Below are positions 12,898 through 24,430 of a DNA stretch of 64,000 bases, one piece after another; within the stretch, counting starts at the first letter, position 1; each line of letters opens with the position of its first letter. A program made the position numbers and the translations under genes. Under the pieces are notes generated by a model. The model was not told where the DNA came from. It saw nothing but the letters and a program-made list of their open reading frames with translations, and made no database searches. Source of the DNA: Squalus acanthias (Eukaryota); assembly GCA_030390025.1 (NCBI GenBank), contig CM059425.1, positions 175,152,001 to 175,216,000 on the forward strand, written 5' to 3'.

Positions 12898-15800
12898 CAT
12901 AGAAACATAGAAGATAGGAGCAGGAGTAGGCCATTCGGCCCCTCGAGCCTGTTCCGCCATTTAATGAGATCATGGCTGATCATCCAAATTCAGTACCCTG
13001 TCCCTGCTTTCTCCCCATATCCCTTGATCCCTTTAGCCTTAAGAAATATATCTAACTCCTTCTTGAATATATTTAATGAATTGGCCTCAACTGCCTTCTG
13101 TGGTAGAGAATTCAACAGGTTCACCACTGTCTGGGTGAAGAAATTCCTCCTCATCTCAGTCCTAAATGGCTTACCCCTTATCCTTAGACTGTGACCCCTG
13201 GGTCTGGACTCCCCCGCCATCAGGAACAGCCTTCCTGCATCTAATCTATCTAGTCCTGTCAGAATTTTATAAGTTTCAATGAGATCCCCTCTCATTCTTC
13301 TAAACTCTAGCAAATATAAGCCTAATCGACCCAATCTCTCTTCATACGTCATTCCTGCCATCCCAGGTATCAGTCTGGTGAATCTTCGCTGCACTCCCTC
13401 CATGGCAAGAACATCCTTTCTCAGATAAGATGACCAAAACTGCACACAATGCTCAAGGTGTGGTCTCACCAAGGCCCTGTACAACTGCAGCAAGACATCC
13501 TTGCTCCTGTACTTAAATCCTCTCGCTATGAATGTCAACATACCATTTGCCTTCTTAACCGCCTGCTGCACCTGCATGCTTACCTTCAGCGACTAGTGCA
13601 CAAGGACACCCAGGTCTCATTGCACTTCCCCTTTTCCCAATCTATTGCCGTTCAGATAATAATCTGTCTTCCTGTTTTTGCCACCAAAGTGGATAACCTC
13701 GCATTTATTCACATTATACTGCATCTGCCATGCATCTGCCCAATCACCCAACCTGTCCAAATCATACTGGAGTTTCTCTGCATCCTCCTCACAGCACACA
13801 CGCCCACCCAGCTTTGTGTCGTCTGCAAACTTGGAGATATTACATCTAGTTCCCTCGTCTAGATCATTAATATATATTGTGAATAGCTGGGGTCCTAGCA
13901 CAGATCCCTGCGGTACCTCACTAGTCACTGCCTGCCACTCGGAAAAAGACCCGTTTATTCCAACTCTTTGCTTCCTGTCTGCCAACCAGTTCTCTATCCA
14001 AGTCAGTACCTTACCCCCAAATCCCATATGCTTTAACTTTGCACGCTAATTTCTTATGCGGGACCTTATCGAAAGCCTTCTGAAAGTCCAATACACCACA
14101 TCCACTGGTTCTCCCTTATCTATTCTACCAGTTACATCCTCAGAAAATTCCAGTAGATTAGTCAAGCATGATTTACTTTTTGTAAATCCATGTTGACTTT
14201 GTCCGATCCTGTCACTGTTTTCCAAGTGCTCTGCTCTTACATCTTTTATAATGGACTCTAGCATTTTCCCCACTACCGATGTCAGGCTTACCGGTCTATA
14301 ATTCCCAATTTTCTCTCTACCACCTTTTTTAAAATAAATAGCTACCCTCCAATCCATGGGAACTGTTTCAGAGTCTATAGAATTTTGGAAGATGACCAGC
14401 AATGCATCTACTATTTCTAGGGCCACTTCCTTAAGTACCCTAGGATGTAGATTATCAGACCCTGGGGATTTATCGGCCTTCAATCCCGTCAATTTCCCTA
14501 ACACCATTTCCCTACAAATACTGATTTCATTCAGTTCCTCCCTCTCATTAGACCCTATGTTCCCCGACATCTCTGGGAGGTTATTTGTGTCCTCCTTTGT
14601 GAAACCAGAACCAAAGTATGTATTTAATTGGTCTGCCATTTCTTTATTCCCCATTATAAATGCCCCTGATTCTGACTGCAAGGGACCTACGCTTGACTTC
14701 ACCAATCTTTTTCTCTTCACATATTTATAGAAGCTTTTACAGTCAGTTTTTATGTTCCCTGCAAGCTTACTCTCATACTCTATTTTCCTCCTCTTAATTA
14801 ATCCCTTTGTCCTCCTTTGCTGAATCCTAAACTGCTCCCAATCCTCAGGTTTGCTGCTTTTTCTGGCCAATTTATATGTCCTCTCCTTGGATCTTACACT
14901 ATCCCTAATTTCCCTTGTTAACCACGGTTGAGTCACCTTTTTTGTTTTATTTTTATGCCAAACAGGGTTGAACAAATTCTGTTGTTCATCCATGCGATCT
15001 TTAAATGTTTGCCATTGCCTATCCACCGTCAACCCTTTAAGTAATGTTCCCCAATCCATCTCAGCCAACTCGCGCCTCATACCATCGTAGTTTCCTTTAT
15101 TTAAATTCAGGACCCTAGTCTCTGAGTCAACTACTTCACTCTCCATTTTAATGAAGAATTCTATCATATTATGATCGCTCCTCCCCATGGGCCTCGCACA
15201 ACAAGATTGCTAATTAATCCTTTCTCATTACATAATACCCAGTCTAAGATGGCCTGATCTCTAGTTGGTTCCTTGACATATTGGTCCAGGAAACCATCCC
15301 GTATACACTCTAGGAATTCCTCCTCCACAGTATTGTTACTAATTTGGTTAGCCCAATCTATATGTAGATTAAAGTCACCCATGATAACTGTTGTGCCCTT
15401 ATTGCACGCATCTGTAATTTCCCATTTAATGCCATCCCCAACCTCAGTATTACTGTTTGGGGGTCTGTATACAACTCCCACTAACGTTTTCTGCCCCTTA
15501 GTATTTCTCAGCTCTACCCATACAGATTCCACATCATCAGAGCTAATATCCTTCCTTACTATTGTGTTAATCTCCTCTTTATCCAGCAATGCTACCCCAC
15601 CTCCTTTTCCTTTTTGCCTGTCCTTCCTGAATATTGAATACCCCTGGATGTTGAATTCCCAGCCTTGGTCACCCTGGAGCCATGTCTCCGTAATCCCAAT
15701 GATATCATATCCGTTTACATCTATTTGCGCAGCTAATTCATCCACCTTATTACGAATGCTCCTCGTATTAAGACACAAAGCCTTCAGGCTTGTTTTTTTA

Positions 15801-16981
15801 ACACTCTTAGTCCTTTTAGAATTATTATTTACTGTAGGCCTGTTTGATTTACACCCTTGATTTCTCTGCCTTCCACTTTTGCTTTTCTCCTTCCTGTCTT
15901 ATGTTTCTATCCTTGCTTCCCTTTCCTCTGTCTCTCTGCACAGGTTCCCAACCCCCTGCCATTTTAGATTAAACCCTCCCCAACAGCACCAGCAAACACT
16001 CCCCCGAGGACATCGGTCCCAGTCCTGCCCAGGTGCAAACCGTCCAATTTGTACTGGTCCCACCTCTCCCAGAATCGGTTCCAATGTCCCAGGAATTTGA
16101 ATCCCTCCCCCTTGCACCATTCCTCTAGCCACGTATTCATCTGAAATATCCTTCTATTTCTACTCTGACGATCACGTGGCACTGGTAGCAATCCTGAGAT
16201 TACTACCTTTGAGGTCCTATTTTTTAATTTACCTCCTAACTCCCTATATTCAGCTTTTAGGACCTCATCCCATTTTTTACCTATATCGTTGGTACCTATG
16301 TCCACCATGACAACTGGCTGCTCACCCTCCCCCTCCCGAATGCCCTGCAGCCGCCCCGAGACATCCTTGACCCTTGCACCAGGGAGGCAACATACCATCC
16401 TGGAGTCTCGTTTGCGGCCGCAGAAACGCCTATCTATTCCCCTTACAATAGAATCCCCATCATTATCGCTGTCCCGCTCTTTTTCCTCCCGTCCTGTGCA
16501 GCAGAACCACCCATGGTGCCAGGAAGTTGGCTGCTGCTGCCTTCCCCCGATAAGCCATCTCCCCCAACAATATCCATAGCAGTATATCTGTTTGAGAGGG
16601 GGATGGCCACAGGGGACCCCTGCACTACCTGCCTGCGCCTACTGCTCTGCCTGGCGGTCACCCATTCCCTTCCTGCCTGTGCAGCCTTTACCTGCGGTGT
16701 GACCAACTCATCAAACGTGCTATCCACGACGTCCTCAGCATCGCGAATGCTCCAGTATGTATCCATTCGCAGCTCCAACGCCGCAATGCGGTCTGCCAGT
16801 AGCTGCAGCTGGATACACTTCCCGCACACATGGTCGTCAGGGACACAGGAAGTGGCCCTGATTTCCCACATAATGCAGGAGGAGCATGCCACGGGGCCGA
16901 GCTGTGCTGCCATGACTTACCCTTTAATTAATTTAAATTAAATTAAATCAAATCAATACCACTAATTACACCACAATTAAA
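12898..16981 (-). mobile_element. Near full-length CR1 LINE (ORF1 + APE-RT ORF2, several frameshifts)
   Basis: ORF1 pieces 16443-16913 and 15964-16398; endonuclease 15164-15778 (ITETWL, YRPP, GDFN); RT 14046-15188, 13617-14027 (FADD), 12990-13577; CATAGAAA tail. Confidence 0.95.
15964..16913 (-). pseudogene. CR1 ORF1 (Cys-rich N-terminus, coiled coil, SGNH esterase-like domain), one frameshift near 16450
   Basis: CSSC...CGKC; CLPGARV, IGTND, DGLHL motifs; colinear with intact copy 21269-22243. Confidence 0.85.
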
Positions 16982-18070
16982 TTCCATAAGGTCCAGGAAG
17001 TCTACAGACTCATCCATGAGGTCAAGGATGAGGGTCTTGTTCACGAGGGAACATATGGAGGGAAACAGGGAACAGCCCACAGTTTGGTGATCCAGTGTGT
17101 GAGGAGAGGAGAATAGGAAATGATAAAGGAACAAGGATGAGATTATAAAGCTTAATGCCTCATGATCAGGCTCAGTGGAACGTTCATAGGGAAAGTGAGA
17201 TAAACCAATTGGAATTGTTATTCTGGGAAAGCCAATGATGGATGCTGCAGTGGGCAGGGTGTCTAAGTTAATGCAGAAAGTAGCCATGGGTATATCTAAG
17301 TAGAATTGAGCACGGAGAGATGGTGGAAGGAGAGGTTGGCAGGGGAGTAGTGACAAATGGAATGAGGAATCAAGAGTCACATGTTGCAGAAGAACCTGGG
17401 GGAGGGGGTGGAAATAAGGGTGACAGGCAGGAAGATGCAGAGATGCCGGTGTTGGACTGGGGTGGACAAAAGTGAGAAGTCGCACAACACCAGGTTATAG
17501 TCCAACAGCTTTATTTGGAATCACAAGCTTTCGGAGCGGCTGCTCCTTCGTCAGGTGAAGATGGGAACTGATGAAGAACAAGGAGGGGCAGGGAGCTCGG
17601 TTTTGGGCAACAGCCAACACAGACATAAGTGGCTGTAATGGTAGTAGCTTTAAATTCTATAAAGTTACAAAGGAGAGTAAAGCAATGGCAAGGCAATTTC
17701 TAAATGTAGAAACTGGAGGAGAGGTGGTCAGGAGTTCAGGAACAGACGGAAATGCTGGAGTGTCCTGGACTGATTAGTGATTCAGGGCTGGTACCTGTTC
17801 CTGGGTGAGAAAATTGGGGTTGACAGTAATGGTAGGGTCCTATTTCTGGTTGACAAGGGTTCTTATTATATTTAGACAACTGGTGAGGGAAGTCAAGGAA
17901 ATGGGGATACTGGATCCATTAAGGTTGGTAAGAAAGGTAAGAAACCCTGTGAAGCTACCCAAAAGGGGGAGTATGGGTGATGGTGTGGAAAGGGTGCAGG
18001 CAGAAGACATGGAGGATAGGGTGGAGGGGTGATGGGGAGAGTGTAGGGATGGCTAACATACCCTGAAACC
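16982..18070 (-). mobile_element. Old L2-like endonuclease-region remnant, interrupted by a Penelope-derived fragment
   Basis: Minus-strand SICSLVNKTLILDLMDESVDFL resembles the APE N-terminal motif; purine-rich plus strand as in other L2 remnants. Confidence 0.4.
17433..17560 (-). mobile_element. Penelope-like terminal-repeat fragment (second family) with minimal hammerhead ribozyme at 17521-17558
   Basis: Near identical to 40893-41019; minus strand reads TCAC-CTGACGA-A-GGAGC-AGCC-GCTCC-GAAA-GC-TT-GTGA. Confidence 0.75.
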
Positions 18071-18683
18071 CCCATAGTTCCAAACTCTAAGACTCCCCTC
18101 CCCAGGATTTTTTTTAAAAACCTCCCTTGATACCCTTTCCATTTCTATTCTTTTCATTGTAACTGTGATAACTCCCTCTTTCATGTTCATATTTCATCCC
18201 ATCAATCTTTCCCTTGGTCGCCACTCGCTGTTACTGAGAGGAGATCCTGGGTTTGGGGGTTCTTTTGGACTGGTGAGGGAAGTTTGGTAGCAAAGGGGGA
18301 CGGTCAAAGTCTTCCCGTGGGGGTTGCTAATACTTGGCAGTATTAAGAGTGCAGGGCATAGCAGTCCTGTGGGGAGGAGGGTGTGCCACAATGCAACCTA
18401 AACTAATTAGCCCCTTTGGATCAGAACTCATCATTTTTCTGCCCATTAGCTCTTGTTCCAACCTATCTGCAGCCACTTTCCCCATTGTCAGTTCCTTCCT
18501 GTGTATGCGTTCCTACCTTAAATCATTTAGTGCACTATTAATGAGTTTGAAACTTATAGTGTTTAACAAATATAAATTTCCATGAAAGAAATGGCTTCAA
18601 AACTCTCAAAAATGTATTGTTTATACAGTTTCTCAGTTTAAAAAAACTTACCCTTAAACCCCAAAATTGCTCAGAAGAGTTCG

Positions 18684-19474
18684 GGGGAGAAATTCGGGAT
18701 CGCCCATTTTGGGGCGCTTATATCGGCCGGGTGTAAAGTTTAGTGCCTGGCACTAATTATCGCCTCCGACTGCAAAATTCGCCTCTATCGCCCCTGGGCG
18801 CTAAATCAGGCGCTACACACCTCTCTTAAGGCGCAAACGTCAGGGGGCGAGGCGTTACCTCAGAACGCTACCGAAGCTCAAGCGATGCCAATTACCATGG
18901 AAGCCAGACACACTGGCGCCATCCAATTCTTAAAGGGGAGGGGCCATCTTGCTGGCCAACCACACCCTGCTCATTGCAGCCTTGAATCTCGGCCTGGAGT
19001 GACCTCAAAAGCAATTGTCTTGGAAGCACTAATGGATAGGCCCAGGGAAAGAGCTCGGCACTTAGGAACCTCAAAAGTGGTGCTGAGGGCCAAAACTCCT
19101 TAGGACAGCGTTAAAACCAAAAATGTTGCCGACAAAAAAAGGCAGGAAGCGCCCGCCTTTAAATAGCGCTCCCCCAGCCCCTTCCTGACTTGAAAATGTT
19201 CCCCTCTACCTGTCGTTCCTAGAGGCAGGCGCTAAGGCAGGGGGCGCAGCTCAATATCCGGTCCGGGGCGCTACCGGGGCATTGCACGCTTGACTGACGT
19301 CACGATGTGCGGGCGCAGGAGATCGTGGTGGTTGTGTTTAATGCCGCTGCAAAATGTCTAGTGAATTTCGCGAGCGGCGCAAACATCGTCATGCTCGGGC
19401 GCTAGTTGCTTTGCGCCTCGTTAGTGCCCTCTTAGGGCGCTAACGGGAGGCGCTAATCAACCAAATTTTTCCCC
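18684..19474. mobile_element. Non-autonomous DNA transposon (MITE), PIF/Harbinger-like
   Basis: Imperfect TIRs GGGGAGAAATTCGG / CCAAATTTTTCCCC; CpG-rich with repeated GGCGCTA motifs near both ends; TSD not clear. Confidence 0.6.
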
Positions 19475-21268
19475 TGAAGATTTTTACCTGAATTTGCAAC
19501 TAAATAGAGGGAAGCAGCTTGCTGTGATTGGTTACTGTCCATGTCAATCAGGAGGTACTTAATAATTTAAACATCTTCCTGTTGTTTGTGAATCACTTGG
19601 AGGAAAATAAAATGAACTGAGATCCTTTTCAAACTTTCAACTGAGAAAGGAATACATTCATAATAAATAACTGGTTGTTGTGTTTAAAGGGCCACAAAGG
19701 AACTACAGGTGTTGGCTGTGAGCCATTTTAAATAGAAAAGAAACAGCTGTTAATATTTTAAATGTGAGACTTGCCTGAAGTAAAGCTTTGAGAATTAAAT
19801 CTTCAGTTTGCTTCAAAGTCTTTTGGAAAAAGAAAACAAACTTACAAATCCTCAGAAGTTGAGGGCCACATCCTTCAACTTGCAACCTACTGATGCAAGC
19901 TGGGAAATTCAGCAGATGTGATTTGATACTCTCATAGAACATAGAACATAGAAGATAGGAGCAGGAGTAGGCCATTCGGCCCCTCGAGCCTGCTCCGCCA
20001 TTCGATGAGATCATGGCTGATCATCCAAACTCAGTACCCTGTACCTGCCTTCTCCCCATATCCCTTGATACCTTTAGCTTTAAGAAATATATCTAACTCC
20101 TTCTTGAATATATTTAATGACTTGGCCTCAACTACCTTCTGTGGTAGAGAATTCCACAGGTTCACCACTCTCTGGGTGAAGAAATTCTTCCTCATTTCTG
20201 TCCTAAATGGCTTACCCCTTATCCTTAGATTATGACCCCTGGTTCTGGACTCTCCGATCATCGGGAACATTCTTCCTGCATCTAGTTTGTCCAGACCTGT
20301 CAGAATTTTATATGTTTCGATGAGATCCCCTCTCATTCTTCTATACTCCAGCGAGTATAAGCCCAATCGACCCAATCTCTCCTCATATGTCATTCTTGCC
20401 ATCCCAGGTATCAGCCTTGTGAATCTTCGCTGAACTCCTTCCATGGCAAGAACATCCTTCCTCAGATAAGGCGACCAAAACTGCACACAGTACTCAAGGT
20501 GTGGTCTCACCAAGGCCCTGTACAACTGCAGCAGGACATCCCTGTTCCTATACTCAAACCCTTTCGCTATGAAGGCCAACATACCATTTGCCTTCTTCAC
20601 CGCCTGCTGCTCCTGCATGCTTACCTTCAGCAACTGGTGCACAAGGACACCCAGGTCTCGTTGCTATTCCCCTTCTCCCAATCTATTGCCATTCAGATAA
20701 TAGTCTGCCTTTCTGTTTTTGACACCAAAGTGGATAACCGTGCATTTATCCACGTTATATTGCATCTGCCATGCTTCTGCCCATTCACCCAACCTGTCCA
20801 AATCATCCTGGATGTTTCTCAGTATCCTCCTCGCAGCACACACGTCCGCCCAGCTTTGTGTCATCTGCAAACTTGGAGATATTACATTTAGTTCCCTTAT
20901 CTAGATCATTAATGTATATTGTGAACAGCTGGGGTCCAAGGACCGAACCCTGTGGTACCCCACTAGTAACTGCCTGCCACTCGGAAAAAGACCCATTAAT
21001 TCCTACTCTCTGCTTTCTGTAATCCCAATCAAATCGTATTCATTTACCTCTATTTGCGCAGCTAATTCATCCACCTTGTTCCGAATGCTCCTTGCATTAA
21101 GACACAAAGCCTTCAGGCTTGTTTTTTTAACGCTCTCAGACCTATATGAATTATTATTTACTGTGACCATGTTTGATTTAAACCGTTGAGTTCTTTGCCT
21201 TCTACTTTTGTTTTTCTCCTTCCTGTCTTTTGCTTTTATCCTTGTTTCCCTTTCCTCTGTCTCCCTGC

Positions 21269-22243
21269 TCAGGTTCCCAACCCCCTGCCACTTAGGTTTA
21301 AACCCTCCCCCACAGCACTAGCAAACACTCCCCCTAGGACATCGGTCCCGGCCCTGCCCAGGTGCAGACCGTCCCGTTTGTACTGGTCCCACCTCCCCCA
21401 GAACCGGTTCCAATGTCCAAGGAATTTGAATCCCTCCCCCTTGCACCATTCCTCTAGCCACGTATTCATTTGAAATATCCTCCTATTTCTACTCTGACTA
21501 GCACGTGGCACTGGTAGCAATCCTGAGATTACTACCTTTGAGGTCCTATTTTTTAATTTACCCCCTAACTCCCTATATTCAGCTTTTAGGACCTCATCCC
21601 GTTTTTTACCTATATCGTTGATGCCTATGTGCACCATGACAACTGGCTGTTTGCCCTCCCCCTCCAAAATGTTCTGTAGCCGCTCCGAGACGTCCTTGAC
21701 CCTTGCACCAGGGAGGCAACACACCATCCTGGAGTCTCGTTTGCGGCCGCAGAAATGCCTATCTATTCCCCTTACAATTGAGTCTCCTATCACTATAGCT
21801 CTTCCACACTTTTTCCTCCCAGCCTGTGCAGCAGAGCCACCCATGGTGCCAGAAAGTTGGCTGCTGCTGCCTTCCCCTGATAAGTCATCCCCCCCAACAG
21901 TCTCCAAAGCGGTATATCTGTTTGAGAGGGGGATGGCCACAGGGGACCCTTGCACTACCTGCCTGCACCTCTTACTCTGCCTGGTGGTCACCCATTCACT
22001 TCCTGCCTGTACACCCTTTACCTGCGGTGTGACCAACTCGCTAAACGTGCTATCCACGACATTCTCAGCATCGCGAATGCTCCAATATGCATCCATCTGC
22101 AGCTCCAGCGCCGCAATGCGGTCTATCAGTAGCTGCAGCTGGATATACTTCCCACACACATGGTCGTCAGGGACACAAGAAGCGTCCCTGATTTCCCACA
22201 TATAGCAGGAGAAGCATATCACGGGGCGGAGCTCTCCTGCCAT
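21269..22243 (-). CDS. CR1 ORF1 protein, 324 aa (Cys-rich N-terminus, coiled coil, SGNH/GDSL esterase-like domain)
   Basis: Uninterrupted ATG-to-stop ORF with VIGDSIVRG, CLPGARV, HIGIND and DGLHL blocks; expression not shown. Confidence 0.8.
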   Translation of the reverse strand: MAGELRPVICFSCYMWEIRDASCVPDDHVCGKYIQLQLLIDRIAALELQMDAYWSIRDAENVVDSTFSELVTPQVKGVQAGSEWVTTRQSKRCRQVVQGSPVAIPLSNRYTALETVGGDDLSGEGSSSQLSGTMGGSAAQAGRKKCGRAIVIGDSIVRGIDRHFCGRKRDSRMVCCLPGARVKDVSERLQNILEGEGKQPVVMVHIGINDIGKKRDEVLKAEYRELGGKLKNRTSKVVISGLLPVPRASQSRNRRIFQMNTWLEEWCKGEGFKFLGHWNRFWGRWDQYKRDGLHLGRAGTDVLGGVFASAVGEGLNLSGRGLGT

Positions 22244-22330
22244 GACTTACCCTTTAATTAATTAATTAAAATTAAATTAAATGAATCCCACCAATTTCAC
22301 TTCAATTAAATGATATACTCAAGGGCCCTT

Positions 22331-22566
22331 TCCCGACACTGGCCTCTGTAAAAAGTCCACGGAAGTGAGTTTAACTACTCACTGTGCTGCTGCTCTCTCC
22401 GCTCCCGACACTGGCCTCTGCAAAAAAGCCCACGAAAGTGAGTTTAAATACTCACTGTGCTGCTGCTCTCTCCGCTCCTGACACTGGCCTCTGTAAAAAA
22501 GCCTGCGAAAGTGAGTTTAACTACTCACTGTGCTGCTGCTCTCTCTGCTCCCGACACTGGCCTCTG
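22331..22566. repeat. Tandem repeat of ~72-73 bp (about 3.2 copies) in the CR1 5' UTR
   Basis: Units start at 22331, 22403, 22476, 22549 (TCCCGACACTGGCCTCTG...AGTGAGTTTAACTACTCACTGTGCTGCTGCTCTCTCCGC). Confidence 0.9.
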
Positions 22567-22609
22567 CTTTCTGGGGGATGAATATCCAGTCAAAGCCAGG
22601 CTTTTGAGA

Positions 22610-23335
22610 CAGTCTGAGGCCTTGAAGTACAAAGTCAATGTGGGTCAGGAGAAAACCTTCCAGTGGCTGGAGTCGTACCAAATGTACAGGAAGATGGTGA
22701 TGTTTGTCGAAGGCCAATCATTGCAACCTCAGTATGTGATTACAAGAGTCCCATCAGAGCAATATCCCTGGCCCAACCATCTTCAGCTATTTTATCAATG
22801 ATCTTCCATTCATCATAAGGTCAGGAGTGTGGGCTGGTTGATGAAAATTCCAGTCTTCAGCTTTATTCACATCTCCTCTGATAATGAAGCTGCCCATACC
22901 AGCTTACAGCAGGACAAGGACAACATCCAGGCTTGGGCTGACAAGTGGCAAGTAACATTTGTGCCACATAAGTGCTAGGCAATGACCATCTCCAACAAGA
23001 ACAGGCCCAATTACTACCCCCTGACCTACAATCGCACAACCAAGATCCTCCACTATTAACATCCTGGGAGGGGGGATCACCATTGACCAGAAGCTTAACT
23101 GGACCAGCCAAATGATCACTATGGCTACAAGGACAGAGGGTACTCTGCAAAGAGTGGGTTATCTCCTGACCCCTCAAAGCCTCTCCACAATCTACAAGGA
23201 TCAAGTCAGGAGTGTATTGAAATACTTTCCACTCGTCTAGATGGGTGCAGCTGCAACAACACTCAAGAAGTTCCATATCATCCAAGACAGATCAGTTTGC
23301 TTTATTGGTACGTCTGCCACTGACTCAATATCTAC
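22610..23335 (+). mobile_element. Decayed family B LINE RT fragment
   Basis: KTFQWLESY..RKMVMFVEGQS, GGGCTGACAAGTGGCAAG, ACCATTGACCAGAAGCTTAACTGG align to 11554-12678. Confidence 0.75.
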
Positions 23336-23644
23336 CAAGGAGAGTCAGTTGGGAACTCAGCATGGTGGCAAGCAGGTTGGAAGCAGCTAGGATTGCTGAG
23401 GAGAGCAGAACAGTTATGTTGGTGATTGCTCTTTGTGTTAAATTGTCACCTTGGCATCAACATCTGGATTTCTCTTTTTAAAGTTGAGACAGAAGAGCTT
23501 CAATGATCTATACAAATAGTGCTGTTTGCTTTTAACTTCCATCACTTAGTTAGATGTATGGAATAAAGTTTAAATGTACTGATTTTTAAATTTAAAAAAT
23601 CCTTTCTTCTTGTAACTTGTTGAATTCCAGCTTTCTAAGATTAT

Positions 23645-24430
23645 ATAGATTGATAGAATGTTACAGCACAGAAACAAGGCATTCAGCCCATCAAGTCGGT
23701 GCTGCTGGTTTTCGCTATGTGAGCCACCTCCTCTAATCCCACTTTCCTGTTAATTTCCCTTCAGTCTTCCTCTTTTTCAATCAACTGTCTAATTGCCTTT
23801 TAAAAATTTATTGGAATTGCTTCAGCAATGATTTAGAGAGGAGAATTCTACCTTCCAGCCACCTTATGGATAAAGAAGTTTTTTCTAACCTCTTTAATTC
23901 TTTTTATGATTATTTTAAATGTGTGTCCCCCTGTTACCATCTTGGAAAACCTTAAAAACAATCCATCAGTTTACCTTATAACCCTGATGATCTATTGGGT
24001 CACTCCTTAACCTTCTCAACTCTAGTGAAAAAAAGTCCAACTTCTCAAGTTTATCTGTATTACTGTAACTTTGGGAACATCCTTGTGAAGCTACGCCTCA
24101 TCTTTTTCATTGCTTTTATATCCTTTTTAGAATAGGGTGCCCAACTACAGTTTTGTATGAATTCAACATAACCTCCTGGCTTTTGTATTCTATTCCTCTA
24201 TATACAAAACCAAGGAAGTTAGGGAAATGATATACACCTTAAATGTGCAGAGGGAACTTGGTATGCAGATCACACTCCAGTCCTCTGGCACAATTTTCTG
24301 TTGTTTTGCTGGCATTATCTAGTTGTATTGCCACCTTTAATGAACTGTGCATCTGCATGCCAAGTTCCCTCTGCACCTTTATTCCATCTAAAATATTAAC
24401 ATTTAAGGTGTATATCATTTCCCTAACTTC
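23645..24430 (-). mobile_element. Old CR1 3' fragment with local inverted duplication
   Basis: TACAGCACAGAAAC tail motif and decayed ORF2 end; inverted copy at 24214-24270. Confidence 0.65.

Larger units (their letters stand above)
19933..22566 (-). mobile_element. CR1 LINE with 5' UTR repeats, intact ORF1 and ~1.7-kb internal deletion of ORF2
   Basis: Tail CATAGAA repeats at 19933; RT C-terminus 20031-20642; junction near 21020 joins endonuclease GIT codons to RT RKQRV codons; ORF1 21269-22243. Confidence 0.92.

Noticed and set aside
13449..16941. Plus-strand ORFs of 100-200 aa opposite CR1 ORF1/ORF2 (and equivalents in other copies)
   Set aside because: Antisense shadows of the LINE coding frames, with no independent motifs.
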